Program-made: the position numbers and the translations under genes
From: Candidatus Pacearchaeota archaeon
Lineage (GTDB): Archaea; Nanobdellota; Nanobdellia; UBA10117; JAFCGA01
Assembly (NCBI GenBank): GCA_017608345.1
Contig: JAFCGA010000001.1
Span: 97,766 to 161,765 of the forward strand
Reading direction: 5' to 3'
DNA: 64,000 bases
The notes under the pieces: model-generated
Databases searched by the model: none
What the model was told of the DNA's origin: nothing
The model's input: only the letters and a program-made list of their open reading frames with translations
Shown: positions 41,169 to 49,546 of the stretch, in pieces
How the letters are laid out: each line of letters begins with the position of its first letter
How positions within the stretch are numbered: position 1 is the stretch's first letter

Positions 41169-43580
41169 ATGAAAAAGATAGCCATATTCTTAATGTTAAC
41201 TATCGCTCTAGCTAGTTTAGTTACTTTTGCAGATGCTAGCACAACTGAGCCACTTATAATTGAGGAATGGATTGACTTCGGTTGTCCATTTTCTGCGAGA
41301 GTGCAAGACGCTCTAGTCGGGATCCAAAACGAGTTTGGAGATCGTGTGCAGATAGAGCTTAAACATCACCCTTGGGAGATTCACGAAGGCGCATACGAAG
41401 CGGCACTAGCTTATGAATGTGCTAAGGATCAAGGCAAAGCAACAGAATATGCTGCTAAACTATTTTCGTACTACCCTGAATCCCTTAATGAGTTTGCTGA
41501 AGGAGAATTTATTAGGTATGCTAACGAGCTAAATCTCGATGAGACGCGGTTCGAAACCTGCCTGTCTTCGAGAGAATTTGAGCGAGTTATTGAATCAGAT
41601 ATGCAGGAAGCAAGGTCTAAGGGAGTAACTGGCACACCTACGTTACTTATCGGATCACAGACTATAACTGGTGCTCATCCTTATGAGAAAATCCGAGATG
41701 CAGTATTATCCGAGCTAGGAGATACTTGCATAGATTATATTTGCGAGAACGGAGAAACAGCTGAGTGCCATTTTGAAGGAGATACTTGCGTCTGCGAGGC
41801 TTGCGCAGATGAAGACGTACTAGAATGGGATGAACCAATTATTACATTTGATGATGGACAGGCTCCGCAGATTGGAAGTTGTTGGGTTCGAATGGACAAT
41901 GAATGGGTTCAGTTCAAATTCGATAATATTGATAAAACCAAAATTGATAGCTATGTGCTAGTTGAGCTTAATCTCGGAGTGACTAACCGAATGAGCGGCT
42001 CGGGGGGATTAGACGGCCTTCTTGACGTTGTGATCAATCCAGACAGTTCAGATTCTAAGACTTACCGAGAAGTATTATTCAATAACGTAGACACTAATAA
42101 TATAGTAAAAGAGTTCTATACTTCCGGATCATATGATACTAAAGCCTATGTCGCTATTCCAAAGGAATACATAAGCGATGACGGCGAATTAATAATTAAA
42201 GTAATTAGGCACAGAGATAATTCTCGTGCTCCTCAGGCTCCAACAGGACATCGAGTCCCGATACGAGCATACGGCGGAGAAAGGTATCTAGCAAACGTCT
42301 ATGAAAATAGCGATCCGCACACAGTTCACCTCGGAGTCAGCTCTCCTAGTTGCGAAGATGGAGCTAGAATAACTGCTGGAGAAGTAGTTGTAAAATCAGA
42401 CAGGATCGTTGAATTTACTTGTACAGATTCCGACGGCGGAGAGAACTACTACCTTCCCGGAGCTGCTTTACGGATCGAACAAGGCGAGTATTATAGCTAT
42501 ACGGATCGATGTATAATGCCAAATGGACAATCTAATGGCGGATACGTTACAGACGGAACAATATGGTACGATGATATCTATAGTTGTGATGGCGATGCTT
42601 GTCGGCTAGCAGAAGCCTTCTGTACTGACGCGTCAGACCCATTTATCGTTTATGACTGCCAGTACGGCTGCTCAAACGGAGCTTGTATTGAAGAAAGTAA
42701 TCAAGGAATAATCGTCGACGGGAGTCCATCAGATTGGGATGAAAGCGATGTTGTCTATACGTATTTAGGCGACGACAAGAATGAAGTGAGCCATACGATT
42801 CGGAAAGACGGTACCCCGAATTGGGTTAAAAGACTGTCCATTACTGATGATGGTGAGAAAATATACTTCTTAATGGAAATGAGAAATCCTATTTTATTCA
42901 ATTATAACGAACAAGAATACATAAAGCTAGATTTAGATGCTAATGAAAATACTGGCTGTGCAGGTAGTGAAATAAGTTTCACAATAACCGACCAGTACAA
43001 GTATCTGGGCGACGTAAGAGACTGCAGTGCAGGACCAAATTCAGACTTCAATACTGAAGAAATAGCAGTTTATGGGCAATATATTGAAGTATCTGCACCG
43101 CTATCCACCTTAGCACGTATCTATGGTCACGTAAGTAAAATCGGCATTTCTACTCAGCCAGGTGTATCACAACCACTATTCTATTATGTTGGAGATGAGG
43201 TTGCAGAAGAAGTAACTGAAGAAGTTATTGGAGATAGCTGCCCAATAGGTTGCATTTGTACTGAGGACTCAATAACTTGCGAAGGAAGCAGTAGTTCTGG
43301 TGGCGGAGCAGGTCAGCTAGCATGCATTTCCGGATGTAAGCTTAACGATAAGTGCTTAGCACACGGAATAAGAATAATGTTAGATGGTAAAAACTCCTTT
43401 TGCGATCTAAATAGCGAGTGGGAACTCCAGAAAGACACAGGAAAGAACTGTCAGAACAGCTATGAATGCGAGACTAACTTCTGCTCGAAAGGTGCTTGCG
43501 TAGATATTGCTGGGCAGATGGAAGAAAACAGAAGCTTGATGGAGAAGATATTAGCTTTCTTTAGAGGCTTGTTTGGGTAA
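41169..43580 (+). CDS. secreted DsbA-like thioredoxin-fold domain (CPFS instead of CxxC) fused to a ~600-aa Cys-rich extracellular region
   Basis: The ATG at 41169 follows a GAGAGG SD-like site. A signal peptide precedes EEWIDFGCPFSARV...KGVTGTPTLLIGSQTITGAHPYEKI (DsbA/FrnE family blocks), followed by many Cys pairs. Confidence 0.65.
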   Translation: MKKIAIFLMLTIALASLVTFADASTTEPLIIEEWIDFGCPFSARVQDALVGIQNEFGDRVQIELKHHPWEIHEGAYEAALAYECAKDQGKATEYAAKLFSYYPESLNEFAEGEFIRYANELNLDETRFETCLSSREFERVIESDMQEARSKGVTGTPTLLIGSQTITGAHPYEKIRDAVLSELGDTCIDYICENGETAECHFEGDTCVCEACADEDVLEWDEPIITFDDGQAPQIGSCWVRMDNEWVQFKFDNIDKTKIDSYVLVELNLGVTNRMSGSGGLDGLLDVVINPDSSDSKTYREVLFNNVDTNNIVKEFYTSGSYDTKAYVAIPKEYISDDGELIIKVIRHRDNSRAPQAPTGHRVPIRAYGGERYLANVYENSDPHTVHLGVSSPSCEDGARITAGEVVVKSDRIVEFTCTDSDGGENYYLPGAALRIEQGEYYSYTDRCIMPNGQSNGGYVTDGTIWYDDIYSCDGDACRLAEAFCTDASDPFIVYDCQYGCSNGACIEESNQGIIVDGSPSDWDESDVVYTYLGDDKNEVSHTIRKDGTPNWVKRLSITDDGEKIYFLMEMRNPILFNYNEQEYIKLDLDANENTGCAGSEISFTITDQYKYLGDVRDCSAGPNSDFNTEEIAVYGQYIEVSAPLSTLARIYGHVSKIGISTQPGVSQPLFYYVGDEVAEEVTEEVIGDSCPIGCICTEDSITCEGSSSSGGGAGQLACISGCKLNDKCLAHGIRIMLDGKNSFCDLNSEWELQKDTGKNCQNSYECETNFCSKGACVDIAGQMEENRSLMEKILAFFRGLFG

Positions 43581-43582
43581 AC

Positions 43583-43598
43583 GCAAGCTTTTTAATAC
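43583..43598 (+). promoter_or_regulatory. BRE/TATA box GCAAGCTTTTTAATAC upstream of the L44e-S27e genes
   Basis: A consensus motif ending 22 nt before the ATG at 43620. Confidence 0.5.
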
Positions 43599-43619
43599 CT
43601 AATTTGAATCCGTAAGCTA

Positions 43620-43910
43620 ATGAAAGTAGTTAAGCAAGCAAAAAAGTACTGCCCTAAGTGCAAAAAGCATACTGCTCATAAGATTAAGCAGCAGAAAGTT
43701 AAGCCCCGACCGAAAACTAAGAAACATGGCTTGAAGTGGGGAGTAAGACATCAGGCTAAAATCGAAGCAGGCTACGGCAGCTTCCCAAAGCCAAAAGCTG
43801 CTAAATCAGAAAAGACTAGCAAGCACCCAACGTTTGTTTGTACTTGCTCAGTTTGTAATAAATCTCAGATAAAAGTTTATAGGAGAACTAAGAAAGTTAG
43901 TCAAGTATAG
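43620..43910 (+). CDS. rpl44e: ribosomal protein L44e (eL42)
   Basis: YCPKCKKHTAHK...AGYGSFPKPK...CSVCNKS is the zinc-ribbon pattern of L44e. Confidence 0.85.
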   Translation: MKVVKQAKKYCPKCKKHTAHKIKQQKVKPRPKTKKHGLKWGVRHQAKIEAGYGSFPKPKAAKSEKTSKHPTFVCTCSVCNKSQIKVYRRTKKVSQV

Positions 43911-43916
43911 TTTAAG

Positions 43917-44099
43917 ATGAAAGATAAAGGTCCAAAATCAAGATTTGTAAGAGTAAGATGCGCTAAATGTAAAAACGAGCAGACTATATTCGGCCATGCT
44001 TCTCGTGTGGTTAAGTGCTTAGTTTGTAGCGAAGTTCTAGCTGAGCCGCGAGGCGGAAAAGCTAATATTAAAGCTAATGTTCTAGAAGTTTTGAGCTAA
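43917..44099 (+). CDS. rps27e: ribosomal protein S27e (eS27)
   Basis: [41 protein letters not shown]. Confidence 0.9.
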   Translation: MKDKGPKSRFVRVRCAKCKNEQTIFGHASRVVKCLVCSEVLAEPRGGKANIKANVLEVLS

Positions 44100-44135
44100 G
44101 AAAGGCTTTTTAAGGTTTTATTTAGCGATTATCGC

Positions 44136-44426
44136 ATGATAAGTGCTCATGCTCACATAATTACTAAAAATAATAATAATCGAGTAGATCTGTATTATAT
44201 TCTAGAATCCTCTAAATATTCAGCTCTCGGTTCAAGGCGAAGACGAAAGAAAAACAAGGGTCTTGAAGTCATAATTACTGAAATTCAAATTCCTTTCGGA
44301 GAAATAGACCTAATTCTGAAATTAGAATCCAAAGAAAGAGGATTAATTGAGAAATTCGCTGAGAAATATTTAAGGAAGTTAGAAGAAGTTGAAAAAGTGG
44401 AGATAACAACTGAGCCGAAACTCTAA
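44136..44426 (+). CDS. small Lrp/AsnC ligand-binding (RAM)-domain-like protein with an insertion after strand 1
   Basis: VIITEIQIPFGEIDLILKLESKERGLIEKFAEKYLRKLEEVEKVEI has the pattern of stand-alone RAM domains. It uses the same promoter box as the next gene. Confidence 0.35.
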   Translation: MISAHAHIITKNNNNRVDLYYILESSKYSALGSRRRRKKNKGLEVIITEIQIPFGEIDLILKLESKERGLIEKFAEKYLRKLEEVEKVEITTEPKL

Positions 44427-44461
44427 GAAAGGCTTTTAAGTTTTTATCTAGAGAGCAGAAT

Positions 44462-44932
44462 ATGGTAATTGGATTTGTATTAATAAGCGCCGATTCAGGA
44501 AGAGAGCATGATGTATATCATGGACTTACTGAAAAGTATATGAAAAAAAGCGAATCTGCTAAACAAACAGTGGACTTTACAATATCAAATATACCTTGTA
44601 GTAAGCAATATGATTTAGAAGTACAGATCCAGATCACAGATAAAGCCAGCAATGAACTAATTGCTGAGAGCAAGACTGACCTCGGAGAATTAGTGCTGAA
44701 TGCAAACGAGGAATATAACTTAAAGACGAGCATTTACATCGGATTACCAACAGAAGATATGAAAAACGCACCTGGTGAAATTCTAGAAATAAAACCGCTG
44801 TTCGGAGAGTATGATATGATCGCGAAAATATATGCTAAGGGATTTAACGAAATTGGAGAGTTTGTAGTAGATTGTATTCGAGCAGAACCCGGAGTAACAG
44901 GCACAAAAACTCTAACGGGAATCACGTTCTAA
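44462..44932 (+). CDS. Lrp/AsnC ligand-binding (RAM)-domain-like protein interrupted by a ~75-aa insertion
   Basis: MVIGFVLISADSGREHDVYHGL...[insertion]...ILEIKPLFGEYDMIAKIYAKGFNEIGEFVVDCIRAEPGVTGTKTLTGI. Confidence 0.45.
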   Translation: MVIGFVLISADSGREHDVYHGLTEKYMKKSESAKQTVDFTISNIPCSKQYDLEVQIQITDKASNELIAESKTDLGELVLNANEEYNLKTSIYIGLPTEDMKNAPGEILEIKPLFGEYDMIAKIYAKGFNEIGEFVVDCIRAEPGVTGTKTLTGITF

Positions 44933-44971
44933 ATAACTAATTTTATAAAGCCTCTTTCTTAGTATTCTTCT

Positions 44972-45751
44972 ATGTTTAAGAAGCCAGGCTTCCCTGAAAA
45001 GGGAGATTTCGTCATATGTACCGTAAATGAAGTTAGGCAGTATGCTATCCGCATGGATCTAGATGAATATGATCATAAGCAAGGCATGCTTTATACTTCG
45101 GAAATAACGCGGCGGCTGGTCAGAACGCTCAAGATTTTCTTTAAGGTCGGTAGGAAAGTGATTTGCAAGGTTATGGATGTCGACCCGGAAAAGGGCCATA
45201 TAAATCTCTCACATCGTCGAGTCGGCGCTGGACAAGAGCGGAACAAGCAGAAGGACTGGAAAAAGGAGAAGCGAGCAGATGACTTGCTCAAGCAATTAGC
45301 TAAGCTAAACAAGCTAGACATAAAGAAGCTCCATAAAGAAATCGCTCTAAAACTAATTAATAAATACGGTGCGGTGTTTCCTGTTTTTCTTGAGGTCGCT
45401 CGCGGCGATGAATCTTATTTGAGCATTATTGATAAGAAAATAGCTACTAAGCTAATCGCTCTGATCAAGCAGAGAATTCTTATTCCTAAAGCTGTGATTC
45501 GAGGCACGCTAGTTATGAGTTCTGAAGCTTCGGACGGCGTTGATGTTGTAAAGAAAGCAGTGGATAAGGCATACGATGTTTCTAAGAAAGCCAAGTGCGA
45601 GCTAGAGATTAAATATATTGGCGCTCCCAAGTATAAGTTAATGCTAAGCTGTACTGAGTTTAAGGAAGCTCAGAAAGCTCTGGACTCAGTAGTTGCTGCT
45701 GTTGAGAAAGTTATTGGGAAAGCGGGCAAGGTTGAGTTTAAGAAAGCTTAG
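44972..45751 (+). CDS. eif2a: translation initiation factor aIF2 alpha subunit
   Basis: N-terminal S1 fold FPEKGDFVICTVNEVRQYAIRMDLDEYDHKQGMLYTSEI, then helical and alpha-beta domains; 259 aa. The TATA TTTTATAAAG lies at 44941-44950. Confidence 0.85.
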   Translation: MFKKPGFPEKGDFVICTVNEVRQYAIRMDLDEYDHKQGMLYTSEITRRLVRTLKIFFKVGRKVICKVMDVDPEKGHINLSHRRVGAGQERNKQKDWKKEKRADDLLKQLAKLNKLDIKKLHKEIALKLINKYGAVFPVFLEVARGDESYLSIIDKKIATKLIALIKQRILIPKAVIRGTLVMSSEASDGVDVVKKAVDKAYDVSKKAKCELEIKYIGAPKYKLMLSCTEFKEAQKALDSVVAAVEKVIGKAGKVEFKKA

Positions 45752-45785
45752 AAAACTTTAAAACGTTCACTGAATAACTACTGAT

Positions 45786-46169
45786 ATGGAACTAAAAAAA
45801 GCTCTCGTTATCAGCATAGACGGTCTTTGCGAACCAATTACAACCTCTCTCATTCACGCAGGAGTTCTTCCATATATACACCAAAACCTTGGAATTATTC
45901 ATACAGGAAGCGCTCCCTCAGAAGAAGAAATCGCAAATTATGTCTATGAACACCCTTCAGAATATGACGCTATACTCATCCATGAAATATATGATAATGT
46001 AGGCACCATACTTCGAGAAAAAGGAAACATTAATGGAAAACTAGTAAGAGTAACATCAGTAAGTTCTGAAAGTAATCCACCGCCATATGCTCCTGACTTT
46101 CAAGTCTCCTCTAGACAGATTTGCGATTTTGAAAAAACACCGACTCTCCTGAATCAAATGGGATTATAA
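45786..46169 (+). CDS. hypothetical protein (127 aa)
   Basis: An ORF with an upstream GAAAACTTTAAAACG box. Confidence 0.4.
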   Translation: MELKKALVISIDGLCEPITTSLIHAGVLPYIHQNLGIIHTGSAPSEEEIANYVYEHPSEYDAILIHEIYDNVGTILREKGNINGKLVRVTSVSSESNPPPYAPDFQVSSRQICDFEKTPTLLNQMGL

Positions 46170-46203
46170 CAACCCTTTTATTCTTTTATTCCCTTTTTAA
46201 CTT

Positions 46204-47079
46204 ATGCTAACTCGCAAACCAGCAGTAGCAGGCTCATTCTATGCAGCTGATCCAAATAAGCTAGCTAATCAACTCCAACAAGCTTTCAAAGCCTGTGGCG
46301 AGCCCGAGAAGCCTACCGATCGGAAGATAATCGCGGGGATTGTTCCGCATGCAGGCTACACCTATTCCGGATCCACAGCCACCTACGCTTACAAAGCTAT
46401 GGCAGAATCAAAACGCCCAGATACAATTATTCTTTTAGGACCAGACCACCGGGGCTTGGGAACGTCAGCTTCTATCTGGCAAGGCTCTGCGTGGGAAACG
46501 CCACTCGGACAGCTAGAAATAGATTACGAGCTCGGTAGAATTATTCTCCAAGAGGATCACATCTTTAACAAAGAGCTAGATCCGCATCAGGAAGAGCACT
46601 CGCTAGAAGTTCAGCTGCCTTTCATACAAGCAATTTACAAAGACCCGCCAAAGATCATTCCGGTCTCTATCTCTACGCAGTTGGACATAGCAATGGCTCG
46701 CAGGATGGGCGAAGCGATTTATCGCGCGACTAAGGGAAGAAACATAATATTCCTAGCTTCCTCAGATTTTACTCATTACGGCGTAAATTATGGCTATTTT
46801 CCCTTCTTTGGCTCATCAGCAGAGGTTGAAAAGCAAGTCCACGAGCTAGACATGACTGCTATCAAAGCAATCGAGGCGATAAAGCCAGATGAGTTTCTCG
46901 ACCACATTCAGCGAACAAAAGCCACGATTTGCGGAGCAATGCCCATAGCGATCCTACTAAATACACTAAAATCAATGAAAATAGAAAAAGGCAAGCTGCT
47001 AAAATATGCAACTTCAGCCGATGTTACTGGCGACCGTGAGAATTTTGTAGCTTACGCGAGTATTATTTTCGAGAAGTAA
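46204..47079 (+). CDS. MEMO1-family protein (AmmeMemoRadiSam system protein B)
   Basis: RKPAVAGSFY..., GIVPHAGYTYSG, LGPDH, EHSLEVQLPF and SSDFTHYG are the conserved Memo blocks. Confidence 0.8.
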   Translation: MLTRKPAVAGSFYAADPNKLANQLQQAFKACGEPEKPTDRKIIAGIVPHAGYTYSGSTATYAYKAMAESKRPDTIILLGPDHRGLGTSASIWQGSAWETPLGQLEIDYELGRIILQEDHIFNKELDPHQEEHSLEVQLPFIQAIYKDPPKIIPVSISTQLDIAMARRMGEAIYRATKGRNIIFLASSDFTHYGVNYGYFPFFGSSAEVEKQVHELDMTAIKAIEAIKPDEFLDHIQRTKATICGAMPIAILLNTLKSMKIEKGKLLKYATSADVTGDRENFVAYASIIFEK

Positions 47080-47125
47080 TCTTTTTAAATACTGGGCTAT
47101 ACTATCTAGCAGAGGTTATTTTGAT

Positions 47126-49363
47126 ATGAAAAAGCTAATTTTCCTAATAATAGCAGCTATGCTTTGCTTTAGCGTTGCTACTGCTGATGAAATTATAGAT
47201 GCAGATGGCGATGGCATTCCTAACGAAATTGATAATTGTGTAAGCATCCCAAACGAAGATCAGGCAGACGCCGATGGAGATGGCGTTGGTGATGTCTGTG
47301 ATACTTGTCCGGGATCAGATGATAGAAATGATAAGGATAATGATAATATCCCCGATGGATGTGATGCAGAGGCTTGCGGAGCAAATGCGGAATTAAAAAC
47401 TGTCGAAGGAGATATTTGGTGTGAATGCATCGACGACTACGAAGACGCTAATGGGGATCAATATGATGGCTGTGAAGTAGATACTCAAACTGATTATATT
47501 GTCGTAGATAATAATTGGATAGAAGCAGATTATAACGAAGGCGATAAAATAGTCATCGGAAATTCAGAATACTTCTTTGATTATAATGCTTTTACATCTA
47601 TCGAAGACGCAATTGATGCGGCAAACGAAGAAGAATTTGCACTTGATGCTCAAGTAGAACCCGTACCTGGAGACGGAGATTTCACGAGAAGTACTATCTA
47701 TGTTTATGAAGGTACTTATGAAGGATATAGCATAGGCATTGGAAAGAGTGTAGAAATAATTGGAGAAAATAAAGACACAACTATAATTAATGATCCTGAC
47801 TGCGGTAATGTTTTCGACATATTCCCAGATGGAGAGGTTCCAATCGCAGTAGCTCTTAGTGGCTTCACTCTTTCGGGCAATAACTGGATGGGTACAGAGG
47901 AGGACGAGACATATGCTATCTATGTAGATTCTGTAAGCAATATTGAATTGAATAATCTGATATTCACCAATGCGCAGAGGTATTACAACATATACATCAC
48001 GGATACGCTAGCAGGAACTATCGAAAATAGTGAAATAAGCAACGCATGTAGTGGAATCTATATCGAACAATCAAGCAATATAATTGTTCAAGATAATACT
48101 ATTGATTCAAACGGAGATGGAGAAATGTGCGGTGGAGACACTGGAGTAGACATCATAACTTCTAGCAATGTAAATTTACTTAGAAACACAATAATTGACA
48201 ACAACGGTGGAGTTAAAGTTGATGAGATTCAAGTCCCAGACGGCGGTGACGTTTTTAATCAGATGATCGAATGCAGTATTGACATCACACTTCTAGATAA
48301 TATAATTACTGGGAATTCAGGATACGGAGTTGCTTCTACCTGTGGTCAAACAGACGCAAGATTAAACTACTGGGGATCAGTAGATGGACCGAGCAGAGAT
48401 GGGACAGAAACCGATGGAGATTCAATAATTGGGGATGTACTATACTCCCCATGGTTTACTTCTGAAGACCTTAATTCAATCTTAGCTGAATCTGACTTAA
48501 ACGGAGAAACTAACATGCGAAGCATAACCGTTCCGGAATTAGAATTCTCAATTGGTGAAAATATATTAGTGGAGATACAAGACGGAACCACTATAAGTGG
48601 AGATACAGATCTATGGGATGGAACATTCAACTCGCCGGAGCTAGCAGAGAGCGCAGCAACAGCTCCTCCGACAACTGCAGGGTATACTAACTCGGTTGAT
48701 AATATAATTGAGATTGGTTTCCCAACTGCTAAACTTCTATTGAACAAAGCTGCAAAAATAACTCTTAGCGGAGTAACTGGAAGATTAATCGGATACACCC
48801 GAGCTGGAGAAGACTTCACTAAGATAACAACTCTATGTAAGGCTATCGATGACTCAAGCAATATAGATGGAAATGGAGATTGCTATTTCGACGATGGAAC
48901 TAACACAGTTATTTGGACTAAGCACTTCACTCAGTTTGTAACTTACACGCAGAGCGCTCTTCCAGCAGATCCAGCACCGACAATCACCAGTGGAAGATCT
49001 AGCAGCGGTTGTAGTCCGCTCTGGACTTGCGGAACTTGGTCAGATTGTACTAATGGAATCAAAACAAGACACTGTGATATCGTAAGAACCTGCGGCACAG
49101 CAGGACCAGAAACAACAAAAACTTGTGATATTCCGTTGATAGCTACATCTAGCGAGCCAGTTCAAGAAAAAGAACTAGAGCAAGTCAAATCTGACTTAAA
49201 CAATACTAAAAGCAATCGATTAGAAACCGGAAGCTTAGGAGTCGGACAAGCGACTAGCTTCATGGACGGACTCAGAGAAAGATGGTGGGCAATATTAGTA
49301 TTCCTTGGAATATTTGGATTACTAGCAGGTTTTGGGTTCAAGACTAAGAAGCAGAAGAAGTAA
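47126..49363 (+). CDS. surface protein: TSP type-3-like Ca-binding repeats, parallel beta-helix region, six-Cys module and C-terminal TM anchor
   Basis: A signal peptide precedes DADGDGIPNEIDNCVSIPNEDQADADGDGVGDVCDTC. Then come repetitive NosD/pectate-lyase-like I-x-N/G turns, CSPLWTCGTWSDCTNGIKTRHCDIVRTCGTAGPETTKTC, and ...LRERWWAILVFLGIFGLLAGFGFKTKKQKK. A GAGGT SD site lies 10 nt upstream. Confidence 0.7.
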   Translation: MKKLIFLIIAAMLCFSVATADEIIDADGDGIPNEIDNCVSIPNEDQADADGDGVGDVCDTCPGSDDRNDKDNDNIPDGCDAEACGANAELKTVEGDIWCECIDDYEDANGDQYDGCEVDTQTDYIVVDNNWIEADYNEGDKIVIGNSEYFFDYNAFTSIEDAIDAANEEEFALDAQVEPVPGDGDFTRSTIYVYEGTYEGYSIGIGKSVEIIGENKDTTIINDPDCGNVFDIFPDGEVPIAVALSGFTLSGNNWMGTEEDETYAIYVDSVSNIELNNLIFTNAQRYYNIYITDTLAGTIENSEISNACSGIYIEQSSNIIVQDNTIDSNGDGEMCGGDTGVDIITSSNVNLLRNTIIDNNGGVKVDEIQVPDGGDVFNQMIECSIDITLLDNIITGNSGYGVASTCGQTDARLNYWGSVDGPSRDGTETDGDSIIGDVLYSPWFTSEDLNSILAESDLNGETNMRSITVPELEFSIGENILVEIQDGTTISGDTDLWDGTFNSPELAESAATAPPTTAGYTNSVDNIIEIGFPTAKLLLNKAAKITLSGVTGRLIGYTRAGEDFTKITTLCKAIDDSSNIDGNGDCYFDDGTNTVIWTKHFTQFVTYTQSALPADPAPTITSGRSSSGCSPLWTCGTWSDCTNGIKTRHCDIVRTCGTAGPETTKTCDIPLIATSSEPVQEKELEQVKSDLNNTKSNRLETGSLGVGQATSFMDGLRERWWAILVFLGIFGLLAGFGFKTKKQKK

Positions 49364-49400
49364 TTCTTCTTTTCTTTTCTGATTTTTTTATTTTATTAAT
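49364..49400 (+). terminator. T-rich tract (TTCTTCTTTTCTTTTCTGATTTTTTTATTTTATT), a probable archaeal oligo-T terminator
   Basis: Multiple T4-T7 runs directly after the stop codon. Confidence 0.4.
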
Positions 49401-49546
49401 CTGCTGATTGATTTATTCGAAAGATTAATGCGAAGTTTTTATCTGATTAACCGAGATTTTCTTGTTTTAATTTTTACTACTATTCTCGATAACATAAAAT
49501 AATATAAAGGTTCTACCAATAATTAATCCATAGCAGAGGTTTTAGG

